Positions 8,144 to 16,652 of a stretch of DNA of 64,000 nt are shown piece after piece. The first letter of the stretch is position 1. Every line of letters begins with the position of its first letter. The translations under genes were made by a program, and so were the position numbers. This DNA comes from a virus. Its lineage: Duplodnaviria > Caudoviricetes. The stretch lies in the IMG/VR virus record IMGVR_UViG_3300013212_000088, positions 160,001 to 224,000 of that record; one strand, given 5' to 3'. The notes beneath the pieces are model-generated. The model made no database searches. It was not told where the DNA came from and saw nothing but the letters and a program-made list of their open reading frames with translations.

Positions 8144-8852
8144 TTGGGTTTTCCTTTAAAAACAAATCCAAATCTTCTTCAGTGCCTATAGCCCAATGCT
8201 GGCAATTAGGAATATGATAGATACCAACTTTATATCCACCTTCTACTAATTTATTATACGAAGGACCAATGTAAAACTCACCATTCGGAGCTCTTTCATT
8301 AGAAGCAATCATAGAATTAGCACTTTCTACAAAATATCTTCCTGATTTCCAAAAGTGTATTCCATTCAAAGAAATGTTACTTATTATTTGCTTCTCTTGG
8401 ATTTCTGTTACATTGCCTGATTTATCTAATTTAGCGTAACTGTTTTTATTCGTGTCTGCAAAATAAGTAACAACAAAACCATCTTTAGGATAGTTGTTAC
8501 AAAAAGATTGAAATGTTTTTTTATCCCAATGCATTATTTGATCGCAGTTGGTTATAATTAAAGGTTCTGAATTATTGATTAAATCTTTAGCTAATAAAGC
8601 AGTACAAGCTGGGCCTTCTGTCAAATGATCAACAGAAATAACAGTGCAATTACAAATCGAATGCAGTATTTCATCAACCTTATAATCTCTAATATGCTCT
8701 TCTTTAACAATAAATATATAATTACCATCAATTCCTAAAGATTTGATTACAGCCTCAATCATATACTCGTTGTTGAATTTTATAAGGGGTTTGGGTACTT
8801 TACTATTTGGAAATCTACTTCCTAGACCAGCCATAGGAATTAAAATATTCAT
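8130..8852 (-). CDS. Sugar/polyol-phosphate nucleotidyltransferase (NTP_transferase, GT-A fold)
   Basis: ILIPMAGLGSRF...PKPLI, EGPACT, ITNCDQ, EFYIGP. Confidence 0.85.
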   Translation of the reverse strand: MNILIPMAGLGSRFPNSKVPKPLIKFNNEYMIEAVIKSLGIDGNYIFIVKEEHIRDYKVDEILHSICNCTVISVDHLTEGPACTALLAKDLINNSEPLIITNCDQIMHWDKKTFQSFCNNYPKDGFVVTYFADTNKNSYAKLDKSGNVTEIQEKQIISNISLNGIHFWKSGRYFVESANSMIASNERAPNGEFYIGPSYNKLVEGGYKVGIYHIPNCQHWAIGTEEDLDLFLKENPNDNY

Positions 8853-8886
8853 AATTATATTTTACCACTTATAAAAAGACACAAAA

Positions 8887-8956
8887 AAACAGGGGAAGAA
8901 AAATCTTCCCCTGTTTAATATTAATAATAGGGGAAGAATAAATCTTACCCTATTAT
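8887..8956 (-). terminator. Two tandem related hairpins downstream of MCP (double terminator)
   Basis: AAACAGGGGAAGA-AAAA-TCTTCCCCTGTTT (8887-8916, U-tract on the minus strand) and ATAATAGGGGAAGA...TCTTACCCTATTAT (8924-8956). Confidence 0.75.
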
Positions 8957-8975
8957 AGTTAACCATGCTATGGTT

Positions 8976-9830
8976 TTAACTGACTGTAATTTTACTCACA
9001 GCAAAATCGTTGATGAGAGCAAATCCGAGCTCTTCGTAAACAACCCATCCGAGACGAAGTCTCTTTGGATCGTCAGCTGGAAGAACGGTAATGTCTTGGC
9101 GAACTGGCATTGCACCAACGAATTGGGCAGGTGCTAGGACGTAGACAGCGTTCTTAGGAACCATGGTGCTGACGTGGATGTCTGCAGAGTAGATATGGCC
9201 GTAGAGACCGGTCATAAGGATGTCTCTTTGAGTTGCCTCATCGAAGAATTCCTTACCCCAGTTTCTGATATCCTTGTATCTTTGTGGGTGAAGAACAACC
9301 TTAGCACCGATGAGTTCGTGCTCTTCAATGAGAGTCAACGCAAGGTTGATGTTCTCTGGTTGAAGAGTACCGGAAACACTGATGGATTGGTCGGTTGGAA
9401 CACCGGCATTGATGACCTTGAAGACTTCAGTATCTTCTTGTCTTTGGAGGGAGTCCTTAGCACGGACTTGAGCTCTATCGACAATGTAGAATCTTCTTTG
9501 GCGAATCTCATTGAGTCTGATTTGTGGGTGAGCAGCAAGTTCAATTGTTGGAACGAGGAGCTCTTCAGCTTCGACTTCTGCGGATGGAACACCACCACGC
9601 TTAGGAATGACGTAGGACTTTACAGCAACGTCTCTTTCGTAGCGAGCAAGTGCGCCTTGTGGAAGCTCATCGACCATCAATAACTTACGACCAATTGCTT
9701 GGTACATAAGGGAGGTCTTGATTGGCTCGACCATAGCTTGTGCAAGAGCTGTACGACCTTCAGCGGTCTCGAGCGCCATTGCAATAATGGCCTCTCTTTG
9801 CTCGTTTGAGTTTCTCTTAATCATTGACAT
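8976..9830 (-). CDS. Major capsid protein, HK97 fold (284 aa)
   Basis: HK97-like pattern (E-loop LPQGALARYERD, spine helix RAKDSLQRQEDTEVF, GHIYSADIHVS, WVVYEELGFAL). Strong AAGGAG SD, optimised codon usage, and position at the end of the portal-protease-scaffold operon. Confidence 0.82.
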   Translation of the reverse strand: MSMIKRNSNEQREAIIAMALETAEGRTALAQAMVEPIKTSLMYQAIGRKLLMVDELPQGALARYERDVAVKSYVIPKRGGVPSAEVEAEELLVPTIELAAHPQIRLNEIRQRRFYIVDRAQVRAKDSLQRQEDTEVFKVINAGVPTDQSISVSGTLQPENINLALTLIEEHELIGAKVVLHPQRYKDIRNWGKEFFDEATQRDILMTGLYGHIYSADIHVSTMVPKNAVYVLAPAQFVGAMPVRQDITVLPADDPKRLRLGWVVYEELGFALINDFAVSKITVS

Positions 9831-9858
9831 TTTATTTTCTCCTTTTAAGTCCTAACTA

Positions 9859-10494
9859 TTAGATGGCTCTCTCGAAGTAAGCTTGGGTGAAGTAGAGTAA
9901 GCCAGCAGCTGAGTCATACTTGTCAACAATACCTACAACTGGGCCATGCGCCTTGTTTGCTAATTCAACCATCTTGCCACTGTCATCAACAGCAACAGTA
10001 AGGTAAGCACCTGGAGCATATGTAGCGGTAGAACCGTCTGTACCAGCAGCTGAAGTAGCTGCAGAGGTAAATTGGTCGGTAACGAATTGTCCACCTGGGG
10101 TGTTAAATACGCCAACGCCTCTTCTTGGACCTTCGTAGCCTGAAGATTGTGCAGAAAGATTGGTAACGCCATTAACGTTTTCAGCTTGGAAATCGCCAAT
10201 TGCTCTCTTTGCAGCAACGTAGAAGCCGTTGTTGTTTGATTGGAAGACACCGGAACCATCGATGTAGTTGGAACCAACTGGATCAGCAAGGATCATGGTG
10301 TTGTCGGTTCTTGCAGTATCATCTGCGGAGAAACCAACGAAGCCGCCAACGATAGCGCCAGAAGCTCTATCAGCTAAAACTACTCTACCAACATTGGATG
10401 TATCACGAGCTAAACAAGCTCCAGCATGCCATGAAGCATTAGCTGCTGTATCGTAATTTGCAACGATGACTGAATTTAATGCACGAATTGCCAT
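9859..10494 (-). CDS. Putative head decoration/cement protein
   Basis: Gly/Ala-rich beta protein directly upstream of MCP, with a strong SD and the same high-expression codon bias. Assignment is by synteny. Confidence 0.55.
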   Translation of the reverse strand: MAIRALNSVIVANYDTAANASWHAGACLARDTSNVGRVVLADRASGAIVGGFVGFSADDTARTDNTMILADPVGSNYIDGSGVFQSNNNGFYVAAKRAIGDFQAENVNGVTNLSAQSSGYEGPRRGVGVFNTPGGQFVTDQFTSAATSAAGTDGSTATYAPGAYLTVAVDDSGKMVELANKAHGPVVGIVDKYDSAAGLLYFTQAYFERAI

Positions 10495-10526
10495 TTTTTT
10501 ATTCTCCTAAAATTAATTTGTGAGGA

Positions 10527-12128
10527 CTAATCCTCGATTTGTGGCATTGACCAAGTACCCTTAAGGGCAGCTTGGATGTCAAGAGCTGCACTATTGGACG
10601 AACCATAAAGTGCAGGGGAAGTAGAAATACCCATCGTGGAGGCAGTTCTAACATTGAGTCTTTCTGCAGATGCTGCAGCAACACGCTCTGCGGATGCTTG
10701 GGCTGATCTGAGAAGTAATTGGGTGTTTTTGATCATAACGTCTGCTCTGATACCATCTTCGAGAAGTTGGCCAGCATAGTCGTCTGTTTCATTGGAATTG
10801 ATAATTCCAGCTAATGCTAATTTGGTTGCACAGGAATAAGCTGCCTTAATTCTTGCTGTATCAACTGAAACGCTTGCTTTGATACCATCAGGCATCATTT
10901 CTTTAACTTCAGTTGCAGTATTGTTTTGTTCAACTAAGCCATCAACTAATGTTTTGGTTGTTTCACCATCGGCTGCTGATTCAACTTTCTTACCAGAACA
11001 TGTTTCACACTCAGCCATTTCAGCTTCAGCTTCAGTCATGCTTTTTCTTGTTCCACATTTTTCACACTTGTAAGCATGTTTCATGCCTGCTTCATGTTCA
11101 TCTTTTTGTGCAACAGTTGTTTTACGTGCTTGAAGATCCATTTCAGATGGAATCTCAAAACCCTTTAATTTAGCTTCGCCTGTAGTAGGAACTACACGGT
11201 CCATTTGCTTCCAATCTACTTCGTACTCAAAGTCTGAACTCTCTCCAGAACCTTCGAATCCAACAGCATCCATGGAATCCTTGAATTGAAGATTTTTAGG
11301 GTTCTTAGTAGGAACCTTTGTCTTAGCGAAATCTGGGTTTTCACCCTTCATTGAGTTTTCGCCATCTAACTTCATGGTTGGATACTTCATTTCACCTGGA
11401 TACTGATTCATTTCGTCACTGTATTTAAAACTGCCTGACGCCTCAACATGCTCCTCTTCAGAAGCAAATTTGCGAAGGATCTCTTCTCTCTCCGCACGGC
11501 GAGCAGCTAATGATTGTCTATTCATTTTGTTGTCTCTCCTGCTATTTTTATGCATTTGGCTCTCATCGGAATTAACTTCCATATCATCATCATCTGAGTC
11601 CATGTCCATTTCTTCTGACATATCGTCGTCTTCCATGTCCATATCTTCATCAGAATCATTTCCGCCTAATACCCTGTCAAGCGCCTCTTGCACTGCCTTT
11701 TGTGCGGCGTCAACCATATCAGCGGGAACTTCAATTTCAAAAGTTGCGATATCGTTATCTTCTACTTCGCTTGCTTCTTCATCATCTTCATCAATATTTA
11801 AATCATTAGCACCATCTAATGGCATGTCTTCTTCGTCATCGTTAGTCATTTCTTTTGCGAAGTCTGCAGTCTCTTCATGGCTGTCATCAAGGTTTAAAAA
11901 TCCACCAGATGTCTCTTTTGTAAAGCCTGCCTCTCTTGCAAGATTTGGAAGATACTTTGCTCTGATAGCTTTAGCCACTGCAATTGCTTCACTTTCATTA
12001 AGTGATGCAGTGCGTTGCATGTCTGCTACACATGTTTGGAAATCTTCCTTATCGGTTGCTTTCAATTCGGCTAAACGAAGAGCGACAAATTTATCTTGAA
12101 TACCAGCTGTCTTCGTACTATTTTTCAT
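10527..12128 (-). CDS. Putative scaffold/core protein with acidic tract and Zn ribbon
   Basis: Long D/E tracts, CEKC...CETC, KxA motifs, position between protease and MCP. Confidence 0.55.
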   Translation of the reverse strand: MKNSTKTAGIQDKFVALRLAELKATDKEDFQTCVADMQRTASLNESEAIAVAKAIRAKYLPNLAREAGFTKETSGGFLNLDDSHEETADFAKEMTNDDEEDMPLDGANDLNIDEDDEEASEVEDNDIATFEIEVPADMVDAAQKAVQEALDRVLGGNDSDEDMDMEDDDMSEEMDMDSDDDDMEVNSDESQMHKNSRRDNKMNRQSLAARRAEREEILRKFASEEEHVEASGSFKYSDEMNQYPGEMKYPTMKLDGENSMKGENPDFAKTKVPTKNPKNLQFKDSMDAVGFEGSGESSDFEYEVDWKQMDRVVPTTGEAKLKGFEIPSEMDLQARKTTVAQKDEHEAGMKHAYKCEKCGTRKSMTEAEAEMAECETCSGKKVESAADGETTKTLVDGLVEQNNTATEVKEMMPDGIKASVSVDTARIKAAYSCATKLALAGIINSNETDDYAGQLLEDGIRADVMIKNTQLLLRSAQASAERVAAASAERLNVRTASTMGISTSPALYGSSNSAALDIQAALKGTWSMPQIED

Positions 12129-12198
12129 TTGTTTGTGCTGCTTCCCTCATTTATTCACGCTCAACTACTCGGCAAAGTAGTTGATATTAGTAAATACT

Positions 12199-12223
12199 TT
12201 CTTTAATAAAGTATTTTTTTCCT
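12199..12223 (-). promoter_or_regulatory. sigmaH-like promoter AGGA-N18-GAA for the scaffold/decoration/MCP operon
   Basis: Minus strand reads GAAGGAAAAAAATACTTTATTAAAGAAAG. Confidence 0.55.
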
Positions 12224-12246
12224 TCTTTAGTTTTAACTTTTACAAT

Positions 12247-12283
12247 AAAATAGGGAACTATTTATTGGATAATTCCCTATTTT
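12247..12283 (-). terminator. Intrinsic terminator after the 1408-aa protein
   Basis: AAAATAGGGAA...TTCCCTATTTT inverted repeat. Confidence 0.65.
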
Positions 12284-12299
12284 TACTATATTTTAAGTA

Positions 12300-15200
12300 T
12301 TAGTCAATCCAAGTAATTGTAACGTCAAGTTTGCTTGGATTTTTCTTGTTTTGAGCAACGGTGGTTTTGGAAATATTTCCGCAAGAATGGCAGAAAGAAG
12401 TATCCTTAACCTTGTTAGCTTCTCTATTACCGCACTTAGGGCAGACCATACCAATTGGCAATCTTCTAGATGCTGTTCTGGTAAATCCTTCCTTTGCAGT
12501 TTCAAGATAAACATCTGCATCAACTGTAGCTGCCAATCTAAATAAGCCCTTAACAGAAGCTGTAGCTGGTAAACCAGGCATACCTGGTGCAGGCGCTCCA
12601 GGAGCTGCAGGTGCAGGTGCACCCATAGGACCGCCAACTGGCGCTCCAGCAGCAGGATCTAAATCTCCCATACCACGCATTTCTCCCATATCTGCCTCTG
12701 GTTCTTCATCCTTCTCGCCTTGTCCGCCTGTTCCATCAGAAATAAGCTTTAAGGACATTTGAATCTCATAAGTAGATCCACATGAATTACAGGAACCCTT
12801 TGATTCAGCAACATCTACATCATCAGAACCACAAACTGGGCAAACAGTACCCCATGGTTTCTTGTCACCAGGTTCCGACATTGCATCCATGTCTTCACCA
12901 ATAGGGGCATCTGCTGCCATTGGGTCTGTGGTCATAGCAGAAATGCCTGCTCCATTAAATGCTCCAGCGTTCATACCCATGTCAGGTGCTGCAGGAGCGG
13001 CCATTCCACCACCCATACCTTGTCCTGGAGCAGCCATTTGAGCATATCTATTTAAGATTCTGCTTCTTCTTTCATTTCTTGCCATTCTAGCTTCTTCAGT
13101 CATGAGAACTTGTGGTTCACCCATTTCTTCTTCAGGGCCAATTTCTCCACCAACCATAGGAACTTCAGAAACACTTTGTGCAGAGAATGATTTTGATGTT
13201 CTGGAAGATACGGTTGCAGTAATGTCACCATAAGCAGAAACGTTCAAATCTGTGAATGAGAATGTGTTAGGATCTACTGTAAATCCATTGCCTTGAAGAA
13301 CTTCCATTGCTTTTTGTCTAAAAGCATCTTCAAATCCCTCATCATTTGGCTTAAGACCATCTAAATCTTCAGTTCTACAAACAAATCTAATTGAATCAGA
13401 TGTTTCATGAGTAACTTGCATTGCTGCTGTTCTTTCAGCATTTTGCTTTGTTTCAATAGCTTTAACAATTAACTTTTCAGCTAATTCACCATCAGATACA
13501 AGCTTCTTAGCAGCTGTTACAATTGATTTAGTTGAAAGGTTGAAATTAGTAGCATAATCTGCCAACCATCCAATAACATTTGTTGAAAGATCAGTTTTAG
13601 AAGCAACTCTTTCGCCCCAGAATTCTCTTCTAGCTCTTGATTTCAATCTTGCACTAGTAGCAGAAGCTGTTCTTGCTTTGTTAACCTCAGCAACCATGGC
13701 TTCTTCATCCATTTCTTCAACTTCTTCAGCAACTTCTTCTGCAGTCGCTCCTGCTTCTTCTGCAGACATTGCCATAGCAGAGATAACTGACTTTAAATCG
13801 TTCTTAGAAATTAAAGCATCTCCAGTAACATTGCCTCTAAGTGCAGTTCTGAGTTCTTCTGATTTGGAAACCTTAGCTTTTGCTTCAGATGTAGAACCTT
13901 TAGCATTTGACATTTTTAATTCAGCAAGTTTTGTTACAGATTCCATTGTAAAATCAACTTCACTGGCTGCAACTCTAAGTGCTTCAGCAAGATCACCAGC
14001 AGTTACTGTCTTAGAAACTTTATTTCCTAAGGATGCAAGTACAGCTGTTAAAGGTGAAGTTGAAACTCTTTCACTCTTAAAGAAATCTGCTTTAGATGCA
14101 AGTTTTGCACGAACACTTGTACCAGCTGATGCTGTTGCAATCATTTCAGGTAAAAGTTCTTCATTTGCAAGTTTTGTTGAAGCTTCTACAACTTCAGATG
14201 GTGTGGAGTATGATTCAACTACAGCTTCGCCTAATGCTTCAACTGTATGAACCATAACTTCATGAGCTGGAGCAGAACCTTCTACTCTACAGCATTCCAA
14301 TCTTTCGTTAAGTCCTTCTTCAGAAACACCCTTATTAGCTTGTGCAACTAATTCAGATAAAGCTTCTTTGACATCAGCATCATTTACTTTATGACCATAA
14401 AGGCCAGCTGAGGTTAATGCTTCTTCACCATACTCTGCATTATCTTTTCTTAAAGATTCTAAAGATTCTTCTCTAGTCTTATCAGCATTAGGATCTGCAT
14501 GCATTGTTGCAACTCCGTCAGCTAAAGTCTTATAAGGAACGCCTTTTCTTTCGCCCTTAAGTTCTAATTCTTTGACATCTTTATCCATGTGAGGGGCCTT
14601 GATTGCAGTTTTAACAAAATCTTTAAGAAGATCTGCTGCAACTCTAGCACCTTGACCACTTTCCATGGCAGAAAGTTGTTGTTCAGAAAGAATTGGTTCC
14701 CAGTTTGATCTATTACCATTAGTGAATCCGGTAATAGAACCATCTGTTGAAAGAACTAAACGATTACCAGCCCCATCCTCAACCTTAAAATCGATTGTAA
14801 CGGCGGCTGCTAATTTTTTGCGTTGTTCAGACGCTATCTTAGCAAAATGATCCATTTGATTATTTCCCTCCGCCCTAAGAGAATGGGGCGTATTGTTTCT
14901 AATATTTTTATTTCGTTCATTAGCAACTCTAATAACGTTTTGAGTAACAGAAGCAATAGATGTATTATCTGACAATGCTTCTTTGAATTGAATCAATCCC
15001 TTAGTTAGTTTTATAAATGAACTATCTTTGGGTTGAGTTGATGTGCTGGCAAAGACTTCTCTTCTGCCATCTTTAGATGCCCATACAAGATTATGTGATG
15101 AAGAAGCTAATGCAACAGCTCCTCCAACGCCTTGCTGTCCACTTGTAAATAATGCAGGCTCTATCATTCTGCCTACATTTCCTGCTGGCATATAATTGGC

Positions 15201-16526
15201 AGGAGCAACATTACCTTGTTGAGGTTGTTGTGGTTGTTGTTGTGGTTGTTGAGGTTGTTGTTGTAATTGCTGTTGGTTTAGAGGTTGTCGTTCTTGACCT
15301 CCTCCAGTGTCAATTCCATCATCAATCATGTCTTGCATTGTTGATTGAAGATCTGCCATTGATTTAGTAATTTTGCCTACGTGCACTAAATCAACATTGT
15401 CTTTACGTGCAAACATATTCATCACAGCTACTTCTAAAAAGTTAAGTGATAAATTGATAAGATCTAAAATATTTAAACCAGCCCTAGGGTCAATTCCCAA
15501 AGCTCCTAAAACTGCTTGGACTGTTGAGTTTTGGTTTGCCCCTTCTCCAGCCATCAATTGTCCGCCTACTAAAGTACCGGCAGATTGAGCTAATTTAATT
15601 GAAGTTCTAGCGGTATTTTCTGCTACTCTTAAACATTCTTCATATTCGTGTCTTACAGTTGGGTCTGATGGAGCGCCTTGTTGAGCAACCACAATATTTG
15701 CAATTAATTCAGAAGCTTTCTTTTCAGCATCAGTGGCAGCATTAAGAATATCGTCAACATCGTAGATTTCTTTAATTTCACAAGTATCAAAGGCACCATC
15801 ACCTACACAAGAAAGCTCAATGAATTTTAAATCATAGTTTTCTTCATAAATGGATTTACCTGAACCGTTTTCTTTTTTGCCTTTCCATTTTTTGAGACAA
15901 GAACAATATTCTTTTTCTGTGTATGCTTTATTTCCGCACTTAGAACATATTCCATAGGCAACCGAACAGCCCATTGATACATCATGAATTACACCAGTGC
16001 GGATATTTCTAGCAATATCAGGATAAGCTTCTTCATCTACGAAAAAAGTACAATAAACACAATTTTCAGATTCTTCCCATTCAGCATAAACGACCATGCC
16101 TTTAGCTTGCTCAATATCATCATTCTTATGGTTAGTGTAAATTGGTACACCTTCGAATGTTTTATAAGCTGGGATTTTCTCGCCCTTAACTTCAACTTCT
16201 TTTAATAATTCAGCTTTAGAAAAATAGTCTCCATTATGATTGACTGTATCTGCATCAATGGATCTAGCTCTTACCCAAAGAAGTTTAGCGTCCTTACGAG
16301 CTTTCATTTCTTTGACAATATCGAAATCTTTATATTTTTCTAAAACTTCTGAAGGATCTGCATACAAAGATTGCAAACCAATCTTAGCAGCCTCTCTCAT
16401 TTGTTTGGAAGCAGTTTTAAGCATATGTTCTCTTGCAGTATTTCTGTCATGTTCGGTGAGAAAACTATTAATTGTTATAGGCCCACCTATTGCTACTCTG
16501 TACATAAATAAATTTTTCTCCTGCAA
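12300..16526 (-). CDS. Prohead protease (HK97/assemblin-type serine protease) fused to a large scaffold/core region (1408 aa)
   Basis: N-terminal NHNGDYF...YTNH...DVSMGC...FIELSCV protease motifs with a CSKC...CSC insert; Q-rich linker; Ala/Glu helical repeats; two C-terminal CxxC-CxxC ribbons. Confidence 0.75.
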   Translation of the reverse strand: MQEKNLFMYRVAIGGPITINSFLTEHDRNTAREHMLKTASKQMREAAKIGLQSLYADPSEVLEKYKDFDIVKEMKARKDAKLLWVRARSIDADTVNHNGDYFSKAELLKEVEVKGEKIPAYKTFEGVPIYTNHKNDDIEQAKGMVVYAEWEESENCVYCTFFVDEEAYPDIARNIRTGVIHDVSMGCSVAYGICSKCGNKAYTEKEYCSCLKKWKGKKENGSGKSIYEENYDLKFIELSCVGDGAFDTCEIKEIYDVDDILNAATDAEKKASELIANIVVAQQGAPSDPTVRHEYEECLRVAENTARTSIKLAQSAGTLVGGQLMAGEGANQNSTVQAVLGALGIDPRAGLNILDLINLSLNFLEVAVMNMFARKDNVDLVHVGKITKSMADLQSTMQDMIDDGIDTGGGQERQPLNQQQLQQQPQQPQQQPQQPQQGNVAPANYMPAGNVGRMIEPALFTSGQQGVGGAVALASSSHNLVWASKDGRREVFASTSTQPKDSSFIKLTKGLIQFKEALSDNTSIASVTQNVIRVANERNKNIRNNTPHSLRAEGNNQMDHFAKIASEQRKKLAAAVTIDFKVEDGAGNRLVLSTDGSITGFTNGNRSNWEPILSEQQLSAMESGQGARVAADLLKDFVKTAIKAPHMDKDVKELELKGERKGVPYKTLADGVATMHADPNADKTREESLESLRKDNAEYGEEALTSAGLYGHKVNDADVKEALSELVAQANKGVSEEGLNERLECCRVEGSAPAHEVMVHTVEALGEAVVESYSTPSEVVEASTKLANEELLPEMIATASAGTSVRAKLASKADFFKSERVSTSPLTAVLASLGNKVSKTVTAGDLAEALRVAASEVDFTMESVTKLAELKMSNAKGSTSEAKAKVSKSEELRTALRGNVTGDALISKNDLKSVISAMAMSAEEAGATAEEVAEEVEEMDEEAMVAEVNKARTASATSARLKSRARREFWGERVASKTDLSTNVIGWLADYATNFNLSTKSIVTAAKKLVSDGELAEKLIVKAIETKQNAERTAAMQVTHETSDSIRFVCRTEDLDGLKPNDEGFEDAFRQKAMEVLQGNGFTVDPNTFSFTDLNVSAYGDITATVSSRTSKSFSAQSVSEVPMVGGEIGPEEEMGEPQVLMTEEARMARNERRSRILNRYAQMAAPGQGMGGGMAAPAAPDMGMNAGAFNGAGISAMTTDPMAADAPIGEDMDAMSEPGDKKPWGTVCPVCGSDDVDVAESKGSCNSCGSTYEIQMSLKLISDGTGGQGEKDEEPEADMGEMRGMGDLDPAAGAPVGGPMGAPAPAAPGAPAPGMPGLPATASVKGLFRLAATVDADVYLETAKEGFTRTASRRLPIGMVCPKCGNREANKVKDTSFCHSCGNISKTTVAQNKKNPSKLDVTITWID

Positions 16527-16570
16527 TTGTTTAATGCTGAAACAATTTTAGACATTTACTCTAATTTCTC

Positions 16571-16595
16571 TTCTCAGTTTTTCTCTAAAAATCCT
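16571..16595 (-). promoter_or_regulatory. sigmaH-like promoter AGGA-N18-GAA upstream of the protease gene
   Basis: Minus strand reads ACAGGATTTTTAGAGAAAAACTGAGAAG. Confidence 0.55.
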
Positions 16596-16606
16596 GTTCA
16601 AACAAT

Positions 16607-16632
16607 AAAACCTATCGAAATCGATAGGTTTT
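16607..16632. terminator. Symmetric intrinsic terminator after portal
   Basis: AAAACCTATCG-AAAT-CGATAGGTTTT. Confidence 0.8.
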
Positions 16633-16652
16633 TTGTACACATTCAAGAAGAA

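Noticed and set aside
8976-9830. Cellular encapsulin or eukaryotic (herpes/mirusvirus) capsid
   Set aside because: It is co-located with portal, prohead protease and terminase, and the window has bacterial SD sites, sigma factors and intrinsic terminators.
15225-15290. GTT/GTTGTG repeats as a CRISPR array or VNTR element
   Set aside because: They are simply codons of the Q/P-rich linker in the 1408-aa protein, with no repeat-spacer structure.
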